Shown here: in pieces, positions 1 to 10,169 of the stretch
How the letters are laid out: each line of letters opens with the position of its first letter
Numbering within the stretch: position 1 is the stretch's first letter
Source: Akkermansiaceae bacterium
GTDB taxonomy: Bacteria > Verrucomicrobiota > Verrucomicrobiia > Verrucomicrobiales > Akkermansiaceae
Direction of reading: 5' to 3'
Assembly: GCA_051251915.1 (NCBI GenBank)
Contig: JBPOGF010000028.1
Span: forward strand, 1 to 39,128
DNA: 39,128 nucleotides
Made by a program: the position numbers and the translations under genes
Notes under the pieces: generated by a model
The model's database searches: none
What the model was told of the DNA's origin: nothing
What the model saw: only the letters and a program-made list of their open reading frames with translations

Positions 1-69
1 GACCCCAGTTATTGGGGGATGTAGACTATGAAAAATTAAAACCAAAAGAATCACTAGACAAACCTTCTC

Positions 70-225
70 ATGGAAGTAGCGGCAGCCATCCTTATGAATT
101 CTTGGCCTGCTTTGCTGATCGGATATTTAGCATCTAAACTTCCCCAAGTAGTCCACCGTAAATGTATTAGCTGCACTTGGAAAAAAACCTACGAAATCAA
201 ACTTCCCGACATCCGTAAAAAATAA
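70..225 (+). CDS. Possible small membrane protein or 3' remnant of a frameshifted gene (51 aa, MEVAAAILMNSWPALLIGYLASKLPQVVHRKCISCTWKKTYEIKLPDIRKK)
   Basis: Hand-translated. Hydrophobic stretch followed by CxxC; its stop lies 3 bp from the convergent stop at 229. Below the ORF-track length cut-off. Confidence 0.3.
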   Translation: MEVAAAILMNSWPALLIGYLASKLPQVVHRKCISCTWKKTYEIKLPDIRKK

Positions 226-228
226 GGA

Positions 229-588
229 TCACATCAAATGAATGCTGAATCTCTTCAAAACAAGATTCAGTAAAAAGAATAGCGCTATTGTCCCCACGAC
301 ATAAACACCAAGGCTAAGCCAGACACTTCCCCCCTTCTTCAGCATCTGACTCATCACGATCAGCATTGGCAATGTCGGCAACACATACCAAAAAGTATAA
401 TAAACATAGCTAGCAATCTTATCAGCCCCTTCCGAAGCTTTGTTTTCAGTAAAGATCCATAAGATCACAATAATTGTCATTACAGGTAATGCTCCCACAA
501 GAGCCCCTATTTTCTCATTCTTATTCGCTATCTCTGAAGTGATGACAACAAGTGCAGCAGTAATGATATATTTCAGATAAATAGGCAT
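229..588 (-). CDS. DUF3147-family small integral membrane protein
   Basis: KYIITAALVVITSEIA...GALVGALP...TFWYVLPTLP pattern; about 4 TM helices. Confidence 0.75.
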   Translation of the reverse strand: MPIYLKYIITAALVVITSEIANKNEKIGALVGALPVMTIIVILWIFTENKASEGADKIASYVYYTFWYVLPTLPMLIVMSQMLKKGGSVWLSLGVYVVGTIALFFLLNLVLKRFSIHLM

Positions 589-667
589 GATTTGAAGTTT
601 CTCTTTGTGTTATTATTAAAGCTAAGTTAAATTATTTCTAACTTCCTTTAAACTAGCCCAACCATCT

Positions 668-1525
668 ATGAAATCAAGCCATCTTCTCACCCTCCTCAGC
701 ACCTCTCTTTTACCACTCACAGCCTGCAGCGTAGCACCTAGCTACTCAGCCCCTTCTGTCTCAGCTGTGGCACCAGCTCAAGCAAACTCTAGCTTCCCCA
801 CCCTCAGCGCATCCGATAAACGTAAGATCGGCAACAAAATCTGGCAGAACGAATCCGGCGGAACCGTCGCAGGCCTCACAGCCTGGAACAGTGGAGAAGA
901 GTTCCCATCACTCGGCATAGGCCACTTCATCTGGTATCCTAAAAACTACCGCGGCCCCTACACCGAATCATTCCCAGCCTTCATCCGCTACGCCCAACAA
1001 CGTGGCGCCAAAGGCATCCCCACCTGGGTCCTCCAAACCCCCAGCTGCCCATGGACATCCCGCACATCATTCAATGCCGCTAAAAACGGCCCTCAACTCA
1101 CCAGCCTCAGAAACTTCCTCGCCTCTAACATCGAGCTCCAAACCGACTTCATCCTCGCTAAGAGCCAAGCCGCCCTCGGCAAAATGCTAGCCGCCGCACC
1201 AGCAGCCCAACGCCCTACCATTCAGGCCAACTACGCCAAAGTAGCCACCACCTCCAACGGAGCCTACGCCCTCATCGACTACGTAAACTTCAAAGGCGAA
1301 GGCATCAACCCCAAAGAACGCTACAATGGCCAAGGCTGGGGCCTCCTCCAAGTCCTCTCCAACATGCGCCCCGTATCCAGCGGCCAACCTGCCGCCGCAG
1401 AATTCGCCGCCAGCGCCAAACGCACCCTAGACAACCGCATCAAAAACTCCAACCCAGCCCGCCCCGAGTCCCAATGGCGCGCCGGCTGGCACAACCGCTG
1501 CAACACCTACGCAAGACCGCTGTAA
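668..1525 (+). CDS. Conserved hypothetical lipoprotein, possibly lysozyme/chitosanase-like fold
   Basis: Lipobox LTAC, Ala/Pro/Ser linker, then a globular domain with IWQNESGG, SLGIGHFIWYP, LIDYVNFKGEG and GWHNR. Strongly biased codon usage. Confidence 0.7.
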   Translation: MKSSHLLTLLSTSLLPLTACSVAPSYSAPSVSAVAPAQANSSFPTLSASDKRKIGNKIWQNESGGTVAGLTAWNSGEEFPSLGIGHFIWYPKNYRGPYTESFPAFIRYAQQRGAKGIPTWVLQTPSCPWTSRTSFNAAKNGPQLTSLRNFLASNIELQTDFILAKSQAALGKMLAAAPAAQRPTIQANYAKVATTSNGAYALIDYVNFKGEGINPKERYNGQGWGLLQVLSNMRPVSSGQPAAAEFAASAKRTLDNRIKNSNPARPESQWRAGWHNRCNTYARPL

Positions 1526-1619
1526 TACATAATTCAGATAAACTCCTTTACCCTCATCCTCCCATGGGTTAAGCAATCTGCGTCTTAAATGATACTTTGA
1601 GACGATCAATAGATTCCCT

Positions 1620-2210
1620 ATGCACGCTTACGAAAACATCTCACTCAGCTCCGCTGGCTTCGTCCTCGCCGCTTTCATCATCGCACTCCATCTCTGGATG
1701 GTCTTGAAGCCTACCAAAGCGATGAACTTTCTAAAAGGATTCCCACGCAACTACAAAGTTGGAGGGATTCTCATGGGCATCGGAATGTTCTGGTTCTGGA
1801 TGCTCATCATCCCAGATAAGTTTTTCTTCAAAAGCCCCATCGCCATGGACTTGCAAGACTTCAACTCGCTCAAAACCATCATGTCCCTAGGCGTCCCACT
1901 CATAGCATACCTCGTTATCACTGAGTGCAAAGAATTCCTCGCAGTCAGAGGTCTCGGACTCTGCCTCCTCATGGCCGCAGCACCACTCTTAGCCGCAGCT
2001 TGGCAAGAGCCACACACCTTTAAGTTCCTGATCCCACTTTATGCATACGCCATGATCATCAAAGGACTCTTCATGATAGGCATGCCCTACATGACCCGCG
2101 ATCTCATCAACTGGGCAACTTCAAGCACCAGCAGATTCAGACTACTCAGCCTAGCAGGACTCAGCTACGGAGTCGCCGTCCTAGCCTGCTCCCTCATCTT
2201 CTGGACCTAA
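1620..2210 (+). CDS. Hypothetical integral membrane protein (about 6 TM)
   Basis: 196 aa with multiple hydrophobic segments; codon usage like its neighbours. Confidence 0.75.
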   Translation: MHAYENISLSSAGFVLAAFIIALHLWMVLKPTKAMNFLKGFPRNYKVGGILMGIGMFWFWMLIIPDKFFFKSPIAMDLQDFNSLKTIMSLGVPLIAYLVITECKEFLAVRGLGLCLLMAAAPLLAAAWQEPHTFKFLIPLYAYAMIIKGLFMIGMPYMTRDLINWATSSTSRFRLLSLAGLSYGVAVLACSLIFWT

Positions 2211-2358
2211 GGCTCATCACCAGCAACGTAGCACACCATTCAAACCTTGAACCACGCTTTGCGGCTCCCTGCTCCTCGCTCCCAAGGGCAATGCCCCGCT
2301 CCCCATAATCCCCTCCAAGTTTACATTAAATTTACAGAAGAATTCTTGTAGAAACCAC

Positions 2359-2384
2359 CATAATAGAGAGAATACTCTATTATG
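2359..2384. promoter_or_regulatory. Perfect 10-bp inverted repeat overlapping the start codon of the giant gene
   Basis: CATAATAGAG-agaata-CTCTATTATG; the right arm contains ATG 2382-2384. Confidence 0.4.
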
Positions 2385-5300
2385 TCTTTTTTGATAAACC
2401 CCCTTCCCTCCTTATTTTGCGGAGCTTCACTTCTTTTCTGCACACTATTTAGCACCAGCCTAGCAGCACAGGATGCTCCAGAGCTACTGCAGAATAAAGA
2501 ATATAAAAAAGCCATCGAACTCCTCCAAGGAGATCTTAAGGATGACAAATTGCTACTCCTACTCGCTCGCGCCCAGTTCCTTGGCGGACAGTATGATGAC
2601 GCCATCAAAAGCGCAGAAAAACTTACCTCTGAGTTCCCAAAATCCGAATGGATTCACAAAGCCCATTACATCCAAGCTCAAGCACAAAACCAACTCAGAG
2701 ACTATAAACAAGCCTCCGCCATTTTCGAAAAGGAAGCAGAAACCCTGTTCGCCCCGCAGTACAAAGACACCGGTGCCAAACTACTCATCGAAGTAGCCGC
2801 TAAATTTTCCTACATCCCAAAAACCACCGAGCTAGACCGCTCTAGCCCCGATATCGATAAGGCCGCCAAATTACTCAACGAGGCCCTCACCCTAGACTGT
2901 TCACTAGGCATGAAGGAAACCATCCTCGCCGAACTCGTCTTCCTCCACATCAAAGTAGAAAACTGGCCCAACTCCATTAGGTATGCGTTCCAATATCTCG
3001 ACCAATTTGATCCCGACTGGAAAGGCACGCTAAATAGCACCACACGTGTAACCTCAGATGAAAAACGCCAAGTCAACTTAGTAGGTAAAAACCGCAGAGC
3101 AATCAGATTCCACCTCGCTGAAGCATACCACAGAAATGGCGACCGACTCACAGCCACTCGCTATCTAACAGAACTAATCGCCGAGCTGAAAAAATCTAAC
3201 AATCCCGCAGAGCTCCCCATCCTAGCAGACGCAACCTGGCTCAGACTAATGGCCCTCCGCGAAAAAGGAGGCAAGCCACGCAACCTCCAATCATGGATAG
3301 CTGATGTAAAAACTTACCTCCAAGACTACCCTACGCATATTCACTCCCAAGCCACAGCCTACGCCATTGCTCACAGTTACCTCAGCCACGATGAAAAGAA
3401 AAACGCCATCATCGCCTTCCAAGATTACATCGATACCTTCCACGCCAAATTCAACGAAACCCCACTCACCGCTCAGCCAGAAACCGAACGCCAACTCCTT
3501 TCCCGCCGCAACCAAGCCAACTCACGCCTAGAAAACGCCCAATACCAAATCGGAAAAACTTACCTCCAACTCAATGAATTTGAGAAAGCCAAGCAATCCT
3601 GGAATCTCTACTCACAAAAATTCCCCAACGGTGCCCACTGGGCCGAGTGCCAAAAAGGACTCGTAGACATCGACTTCAGCATCGCAACCCACGCCGTAAG
3701 CCTCATCCAGACAGCTGAAAATAAAAAGCAAGCCCACAGCAAAGCGCAACAAGCACTAGAAAATTTCATCACAAAACACCCGCTCGATAACCGCATCCCA
3801 ACCGCCCACTATCTAACAGGAAACATCCCCTACCAGCACGCCATCTCCTTAGTAAACACACTCAAGAAAACCCCAGATGACACCCTCAAAAAAGAACAAC
3901 AAACCTCCTTCCAAGAGTCTCTAACAAAATGGGACACACTCATCACAAAATACCCTAGATCCTCTCATGCTATTCAAGCCCAATACCTAAGCGCCCATAT
4001 TTATGAAGAACATTTAGGCAATATCGAAAAGTCCCTAGACCTATACGCCAAAAGCTCTCACACCAACGCCAAGAGCCACATACAGAAACTCAAAGCACGT
4101 AACATCGTCGCTTCATCAGAAACCACCTACACCACCACCGAGAAGCCACAAATCACACTCAATACCAGAAATATCGAAAAAGTCACCGTCAGACAATACT
4201 GGTTAGACATCGAATCCTACTTCCGTAAAGCCCGCAAGCTTGAAGACATCAACTCACTAGACATCGACCTCATCGAAGCAGACAAAACATGGGAAGTCAC
4301 CTTACCAGACTACAAAAAATACCACCCCATGGAGACTAAACTCGACATCCCATTCCCATCTAACAAACCCGGAATCTGTGTCATCAAAGTCGAAAGCGAA
4401 GCCTTCTCATCCACCACCATGGTAGTGCGAAGCGATGTCGACATCGCCGTCAGATCCAACAAAGAAGAAGTCATCACTTACGTTCACAACGCCCGCCAAG
4501 ATTCTAAACCTGCTAAAAATACCCAAGTCATCATCGCCGACGGCGGCAAAGTCATCACCATAGGAACTACCAATGACCAAGGAATCTTCCATTACAGAGA
4601 CGCATCACTAGCCGAAGTGAACGACCTCCGCGTCCTAGCCCTATCAGACCAAGGAGCCGCCACCTGCGCCCTCAACCTAGCATCCCTCAACCTAGCATCC
4701 CTCACACCGAGCAAAAAACGTATACCTAGTGTCAGGTTCAACCTAGCCAAGCCAACATACCTCCCAGGAGAAACCGTAGCAATTGGAGGCATCATTAGAT
4801 TCCCCTCAAAAGAATCCGCTAATAATGCCAGTAGCGTCTATGTATCCCCAAATAATAACCAAAGAGAGTTCACTCTAACCATCAAAGAAACCGGCTCAAA
4901 AAAACTCGTTCACCAAAGCAAAATCACCACCACCCCTACCGGCATTTTCCAACACTCATACAAGCTCCCAAGCTATCTAACAAATGCCAATTTAGTGATC
5001 CAACTAAAACCAAATTTCGACGACACCCTACCCACCTTCTCCCATTATCTCAGTGTAGATCAATATGCTGACGACCTAGTATCCATCAAACTAGAAATGG
5101 ACAAAAAGTGGACCACCGAAGACAACCTAGTCACCGGTAAAATATCCGCCAATTACCGCTGGGGAGCACCCTATTCAGATCGAAAACTAACAGTCCAACT
5201 TCCCAACGATCAATCCATCAACGTCAAAACAGACACTAAAGGTGAGGCCTCCTTCCGCTATGACGCCCAATACATCGAAGCCGGAAATGTAATCCAGTTC

Positions 5301-8300
5301 TTCGTCAGCACCCAAGATCAAGAATACTACTCTAACACTACCACAGTCCTCATAGATCCTATCAACTTCAGCATCCTAGCCAGCACAGACTTCGCCTCAG
5401 CAGCCGCTGGCTCAGAAGTCACCCTAACAGCCAAAACCATCCTCCCAGACGAGACCCCTGTCTCCAGAGAACTCAAGCTAGAAGTCTTCCAGATCAACCG
5501 CATCAAACCAAACCCCATCCTGCTCACCTGTAAAGATCTAGAACACCTCTCAAAGTCCATCACCCAAGAAAAAATCATCCAAACCATCCCCCTAACAACC
5601 AACCCAGAAACTGGCAAAACCCAACACATCCTCACATTCGATAAGAGCGGAAACTACCTCATCCGTGTGACCTCAACTGACAGCAAAGGCAGAACAGTCA
5701 TCGCAAATTCCTCCATCTCAATCCACGATGAATCAAGCAACAAAAAACTCATCCTCTTCACCGACAAACGCGACCTCAACGTCGGCAAATCAGCCACCAT
5801 TAACGCATACTCCTACTTCAAATCCCCTACCAAAGCCCTCCTCACAGTCGAAACCGACAAAATCATTGAAAAGCGCATCATAGATTTAAACCCAGGCAAA
5901 AACGACATCCCACTCCCTCTCACCACCGCTCACGCACCAGCAGCACGCGTGAACCTCATCCTCATCAATGAACGCAAGTTCTACTCAGCCTCAGACATTT
6001 TACCGGTTCAAAATAAAATAACCCTCAAAGTCACAACAGACAAAATAGACATCGAAGATCCATTCAAGAAATTCGACTACAAAGCCAAAATCCAAGCATT
6101 CGATGCCAACAACCAACCCGTATCAGCAGACTATTTCATAAACCTAACCCACCGATCAAACTACACCCCCATCCATTACGTAAACCTTCAACAACTCGCA
6201 AACTATCAAATGAATAGTAATTGTGGATTAATTCATAAAGGCCGACAAGAAGTGATCCTAACAGAAATACGGGATGAACTCCTACGCATGGAACAAGAGC
6301 AAAGCTTGTCGAGTCACCGACCAAACATCCCCAATAATCTGCGTGGAGCAAATGACAGTAACCGGTCAATCAGACCAAGCCCACTTCAATCTCAAAGTGA
6401 AGAAATAGGAACCAACTTTCTTCTCCCCGGCCATAACAATGATGAATTAAATAATCCCAACCGTGAGTTTAACTACAATGGAAATAATTTCTTCGGCAAC
6501 CAAAATACCCTCGCCCAGCATACTCAAAAGCGTCAATACCCTGAACTTCCGAATTCGATAGCCATCAATGGCGGACTAGCCACATCCCATTCAAACTTTC
6601 CAGTGACTCCTGCCACACCAGTCTATCTGCTAGAAAACACCATAAACACCACTGCATATTCTAACGCCCTAACCATCCCCAAAGAAGGAACTGAAATCCT
6701 ACTCACCAAGGAACTCATCTATGGCGACCTAGACCTCCACATCTACGCCTTCGACCAAGGCTCAGGATTCGGCATGCACCATCAAGAACTCGAAACAAAC
6801 TTGAAAAATCTTACCCCTAGCCCCCGCTCAGACCTTGCAGGATCCCCCATCACCAGCAAATCCAGCCAATCGACAAACATTGGCGACAATCAGATCACTC
6901 TAACATTACCAAACGGCATCCAACCAACCGCCCTAAAACTTACCACTAGCGCAAACTCTACAGCCTTCTTAAACGACATCATCTCAAGCCCACTCATCAC
7001 TAATTTTGGCTCAGACACCCCATTCCATGAGGCCCACCCCGCCGGTCAATTAATGGCAGTTTGTAGTTATTTAGAATATCTCATCGCTCACAACCATGAT
7101 GCCCCAGCCCAACAACAACTCAGAAAAACCGCCAGTAGACTCTGCGCCGACCTCACCCTCAGCCAAAAAACCAACGGCTCATGGAGCCAAGTCCGCAACC
7201 GTAAAGCCAGCTCACTCATCCACACCACCCTCGCCTACCGCGCACTAATGATGGCGAACACCCTAGAAATCCCACATGAAAAACTTACCTCCCGCAACGC
7301 CCTCCAATGGATCACTACCCAACAAAAATCCATCACCACAGACCACTACAACTCCCGTGCTCTAGTCCAGCTCGCCCTCGCATCATCAGGCGACGCAGAC
7401 TTCGCCACCTGCAACCGCCTCTACCGCGAACGCAACAAAATGGACAACATCGGCAGAGCTATCCTCGCCAATGTATTCGTCCTGCTAGACAGAAAAGACT
7501 TCACTATCACCCTCCTCAAAGAAATTACCTATGACATCGAAATCAAACATCCATCAGAAGCATTCCTCAGATCATCTGTGCTTCTGAATAGCCTCAAACT
7601 CAAGGCAACCAAAGCCACTAACCAAGTAATAGCTAACCCAAATTTCACCCACCATTTCAGATCTGACATAGAGCGCGGCTATGCCGCAAATGCCTACAGC
7701 GAGCTATTCCTACAAGAACTCCTACTCCAAGAACCCGCCACACTCACCATCTCGGTAAATGGCCAAAAACTAGAAAACCTAACAGTCCCCGCAAACTTAC
7801 TCAAAGCTGGCGATAACATCATCCAGATAAACTCCAGCCGCCCAGGTGCAGTCATCAGTGCTGAGCTCATCGGAAGACAACCACTAAAGCCATCATCACC
7901 CCTAAAAGACTACCAGATAGAAGACCGTAAATATTACCAAGAGCGACTCAGCTACAAAGGACAACCCCTAAAAACCCGTGGCACATCACCCCTCACCCAA
8001 GCATCCGTCGGCGAACTCGTCCACGTCCATCTAAAAGGCGTCATCAACAATAAAAGCTACCCAGACAGCATCATCATCGAAGAAATTCCCGCCGGCTTCA
8101 CCTACCTATCCGGCTCCCTCAGCGGAAACCACAGTGGCGCCAGACAACAAGGAAACCACCTCATCATCACCTACGGAAGCCTCCCCAACAAATTCAACCT
8201 CCGCTACACCCTCATCGCCGAGCACACCGGAAAATGGACCCACAACCCAAGCATCCTCAGCGCATCCTACGACACCACCAAAACCTCTAGCAACTCCACC

Positions 8301-10082
8301 ACCACCCTCACCGTCATTCCTAAACGAGCACCAAATAACCTAAATTACCAAACCAACCAAGCAGAACACTACGAACTCGCTCAGCTACATTTCAAAGCCA
8401 AAGAATACCAACAAGCCAAACAACACATTATCGCCTATCGTAAACTAAAACAAGACAACGAAGACCCTCTCCTCTCCCAAATGCTACTCTGGATAGAAAC
8501 CGACCAAGCCAAACCAGACGCCCAGCTACTAGCCGAGTCATTCGAAGTCCTCACTGAACGCAACCCAGACCTCGTCATCCCATTCGACAAAATCCTCAAA
8601 GTAGGTAAAGCCTACAGACAACTAAACGAATTCGAACGCAGCATGGACGTCTACACCGCCACACTCGATGCAGGCTACAGCGCAGATTCTTACGTCGGCG
8701 CCGCACTAGAAGACCAAGGAAAATTCATGCTCTCAGTAGATTACCAAAACAAGCTCTGGCTCCTCTACCCAGACCTCGGAGAAATCAGCACCTCAAGATT
8801 CGCCCTCGCCCAGCAAATCTACTCCAAAGCCCCCAACGCCAAATCACTAGGCGAAAACCCAGACACCAAAAAACCATTCACCGAAAAAGAACTCATCGAG
8901 CTCAGTCTCCAACACACCTCAGACTTCCTCACCCACACCCCAGAACACGAACTAGCCGATGACGCCACATTCTCACTCGCCAACGCCCTCTTCGCCCTCA
9001 AACGCTACGACGACGTGATAAAACTCACAGCAAAAGCCATCACCACCTACAAAGATAGCGAACACGCCACCAGCTTCCGCTACATGCAAGCCCTAGGCCA
9101 TTTCTGGCTCAGAAACTACGACCAAGCACTCAAATCCGCCTCCGAAGTAGCCAAAGGAAAATCCAAAGACAAAGACCTAGCCGCCTTCATCACCGCCCAA
9201 ATCTACCACGCCAAAGGCCTCCCTCAAAAAGCCATCGAATGGTACAAAGGCATCGAAACCGCCTACCCAGACGCCAAAGAATCCATCGCCTACTTCGAAC
9301 AAAAATCCATCACCCTCGATGAAGTAAAAGTCCTCAACTCAGGCGAACAATTCACCTTCCAACTCAAATACCGCAACATCAAAGAAGCCCAATTCCAAGT
9401 CTACAGAGTCGACCTCATGAAACTCTTCCTCCGTGAGAAAAACCTCTCTAACATCTCCGAGATTAACCTTGCAGGCATCACCCCAAAATACAACTCCATC
9501 GTACAGCTCGGAGACGGCAATGACTACCAAGAACGTGAAAAAGAAATCTCACTCCCCATCAACGATGACGGAGCCTACCTCGTCATCTGCCGTGGCGACT
9601 ACCTCCACACCACCGGCCTCGTCCTCATCACCCCACTCAAACTAGAAGTCCAGGAAAGCCCAGAAGACCAATCAGTCAGAGTGAACATCAGCGACAAAAA
9701 ATCAGGCAAATACATCGACTCCGTCCACGTCAAAGCCATAGGCACAGGCCAAGATAGATTTAAATCCGGAGAAACTGACCTCCGAGGAGTCTGGCAAACC
9801 GCACACATCACCTCCCCCAGCACCATCATCGCCAAGGACCCCAAAGGCCGCTACGCATTCTTCCGCAGCAAGCTAACCTATGTGCCTACAGACGCTGCCG
9901 ACGACCCATTTGGCGGTGCAGATCAACTCAATAATGTTCGTAAACCTTCCAAGAAAATCGATTTCAACAGCAACCTCAAGTTGAAACAAGAAATGCTCGA
10001 TAAATCAAACCTTCTAGACTATGAAAACAACCGCAGATCCAACGGCAAAGGCGTCGAAATCAAGAAAGTCCGCAAGAAGTAG
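2382..10082 (+). CDS. Giant exported TPR/BamD-like repeat plus alpha-2-macroglobulin (MG-domain)-like protein
   Basis: Signal peptide (SLA-AQ); N- and C-terminal TPR arrays; MG-type motifs KPTYLPGETVAIGGIIR, GKISANYRWGAP and IIEEIPAGF; helical TED-like region (SQKTNGSWS). Confidence 0.8.
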   Translation: MSFLINPLPSLFCGASLLFCTLFSTSLAAQDAPELLQNKEYKKAIELLQGDLKDDKLLLLLARAQFLGGQYDDAIKSAEKLTSEFPKSEWIHKAHYIQAQAQNQLRDYKQASAIFEKEAETLFAPQYKDTGAKLLIEVAAKFSYIPKTTELDRSSPDIDKAAKLLNEALTLDCSLGMKETILAELVFLHIKVENWPNSIRYAFQYLDQFDPDWKGTLNSTTRVTSDEKRQVNLVGKNRRAIRFHLAEAYHRNGDRLTATRYLTELIAELKKSNNPAELPILADATWLRLMALREKGGKPRNLQSWIADVKTYLQDYPTHIHSQATAYAIAHSYLSHDEKKNAIIAFQDYIDTFHAKFNETPLTAQPETERQLLSRRNQANSRLENAQYQIGKTYLQLNEFEKAKQSWNLYSQKFPNGAHWAECQKGLVDIDFSIATHAVSLIQTAENKKQAHSKAQQALENFITKHPLDNRIPTAHYLTGNIPYQHAISLVNTLKKTPDDTLKKEQQTSFQESLTKWDTLITKYPRSSHAIQAQYLSAHIYEEHLGNIEKSLDLYAKSSHTNAKSHIQKLKARNIVASSETTYTTTEKPQITLNTRNIEKVTVRQYWLDIESYFRKARKLEDINSLDIDLIEADKTWEVTLPDYKKYHPMETKLDIPFPSNKPGICVIKVESEAFSSTTMVVRSDVDIAVRSNKEEVITYVHNARQDSKPAKNTQVIIADGGKVITIGTTNDQGIFHYRDASLAEVNDLRVLALSDQGAATCALNLASLNLASLTPSKKRIPSVRFNLAKPTYLPGETVAIGGIIRFPSKESANNASSVYVSPNNNQREFTLTIKETGSKKLVHQSKITTTPTGIFQHSYKLPSYLTNANLVIQLKPNFDDTLPTFSHYLSVDQYADDLVSIKLEMDKKWTTEDNLVTGKISANYRWGAPYSDRKLTVQLPNDQSINVKTDTKGEASFRYDAQYIEAGNVIQFFVSTQDQEYYSNTTTVLIDPINFSILASTDFASAAAGSEVTLTAKTILPDETPVSRELKLEVFQINRIKPNPILLTCKDLEHLSKSITQEKIIQTIPLTTNPETGKTQHILTFDKSGNYLIRVTSTDSKGRTVIANSSISIHDESSNKKLILFTDKRDLNVGKSATINAYSYFKSPTKALLTVETDKIIEKRIIDLNPGKNDIPLPLTTAHAPAARVNLILINERKFYSASDILPVQNKITLKVTTDKIDIEDPFKKFDYKAKIQAFDANNQPVSADYFINLTHRSNYTPIHYVNLQQLANYQMNSNCGLIHKGRQEVILTEIRDELLRMEQEQSLSSHRPNIPNNLRGANDSNRSIRPSPLQSQSEEIGTNFLLPGHNNDELNNPNREFNYNGNNFFGNQNTLAQHTQKRQYPELPNSIAINGGLATSHSNFPVTPATPVYLLENTINTTAYSNALTIPKEGTEILLTKELIYGDLDLHIYAFDQGSGFGMHHQELETNLKNLTPSPRSDLAGSPITSKSSQSTNIGDNQITLTLPNGIQPTALKLTTSANSTAFLNDIISSPLITNFGSDTPFHEAHPAGQLMAVCSYLEYLIAHNHDAPAQQQLRKTASRLCADLTLSQKTNGSWSQVRNRKASSLIHTTLAYRALMMANTLEIPHEKLTSRNALQWITTQQKSITTDHYNSRALVQLALASSGDADFATCNRLYRERNKMDNIGRAILANVFVLLDRKDFTITLLKEITYDIEIKHPSEAFLRSSVLLNSLKLKATKATNQVIANPNFTHHFRSDIERGYAANAYSELFLQELLLQEPATLTISVNGQKLENLTVPANLLKAGDNIIQINSSRPGAVISAELIGRQPLKPSSPLKDYQIEDRKYYQERLSYKGQPLKTRGTSPLTQASVGELVHVHLKGVINNKSYPDSIIIEEIPAGFTYLSGSLSGNHSGARQQGNHLIITYGSLPNKFNLRYTLIAEHTGKWTHNPSILSASYDTTKTSSNSTTTLTVIPKRAPNNLNYQTNQAEHYELAQLHFKAKEYQQAKQHIIAYRKLKQDNEDPLLSQMLLWIETDQAKPDAQLLAESFEVLTERNPDLVIPFDKILKVGKAYRQLNEFERSMDVYTATLDAGYSADSYVGAALEDQGKFMLSVDYQNKLWLLYPDLGEISTSRFALAQQIYSKAPNAKSLGENPDTKKPFTEKELIELSLQHTSDFLTHTPEHELADDATFSLANALFALKRYDDVIKLTAKAITTYKDSEHATSFRYMQALGHFWLRNYDQALKSASEVAKGKSKDKDLAAFITAQIYHAKGLPQKAIEWYKGIETAYPDAKESIAYFEQKSITLDEVKVLNSGEQFTFQLKYRNIKEAQFQVYRVDLMKLFLREKNLSNISEINLAGITPKYNSIVQLGDGNDYQEREKEISLPINDDGAYLVICRGDYLHTTGLVLITPLKLEVQESPEDQSVRVNISDKKSGKYIDSVHVKAIGTGQDRFKSGETDLRGVWQTAHITSPSTIIAKDPKGRYAFFRSKLTYVPTDAADDPFGGADQLNNVRKPSKKIDFNSNLKLKQEMLDKSNLLDYENNRRSNGKGVEIKKVRKK

Positions 10083-10086
10083 TTGC

Positions 10087-10115
10087 GCTCTTATTCCAAG
10101 AAGCGAAATAAGAGC
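10087..10115. terminator. Hairpin between convergent genes (possible terminator)
   Basis: GCTCTTATT...AATAAGAGC 9-bp inverted repeat just after the giant gene stop; no clear U-tract. Confidence 0.35.
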
Positions 10116-10169
10116 TGAAATACCACTAAGAAACCATTCGGCTTCTATGTTTTACAAGAGTGGTCTCAC

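Noticed and set aside
4671..4700. Exact 15-bp duplication (LNLAS x2) in the giant gene
   Set aside because: Simple in-frame slippage in a linker; no sign of function.
1002..9844. Numerous 60-115 aa alternative-frame and antisense ORFs inside the long + strand genes
   Set aside because: Shadow ORFs expected from the extreme C/A-rich codon bias; low-complexity Ser/Pro/Thr or Val/Gly translations with no motifs.
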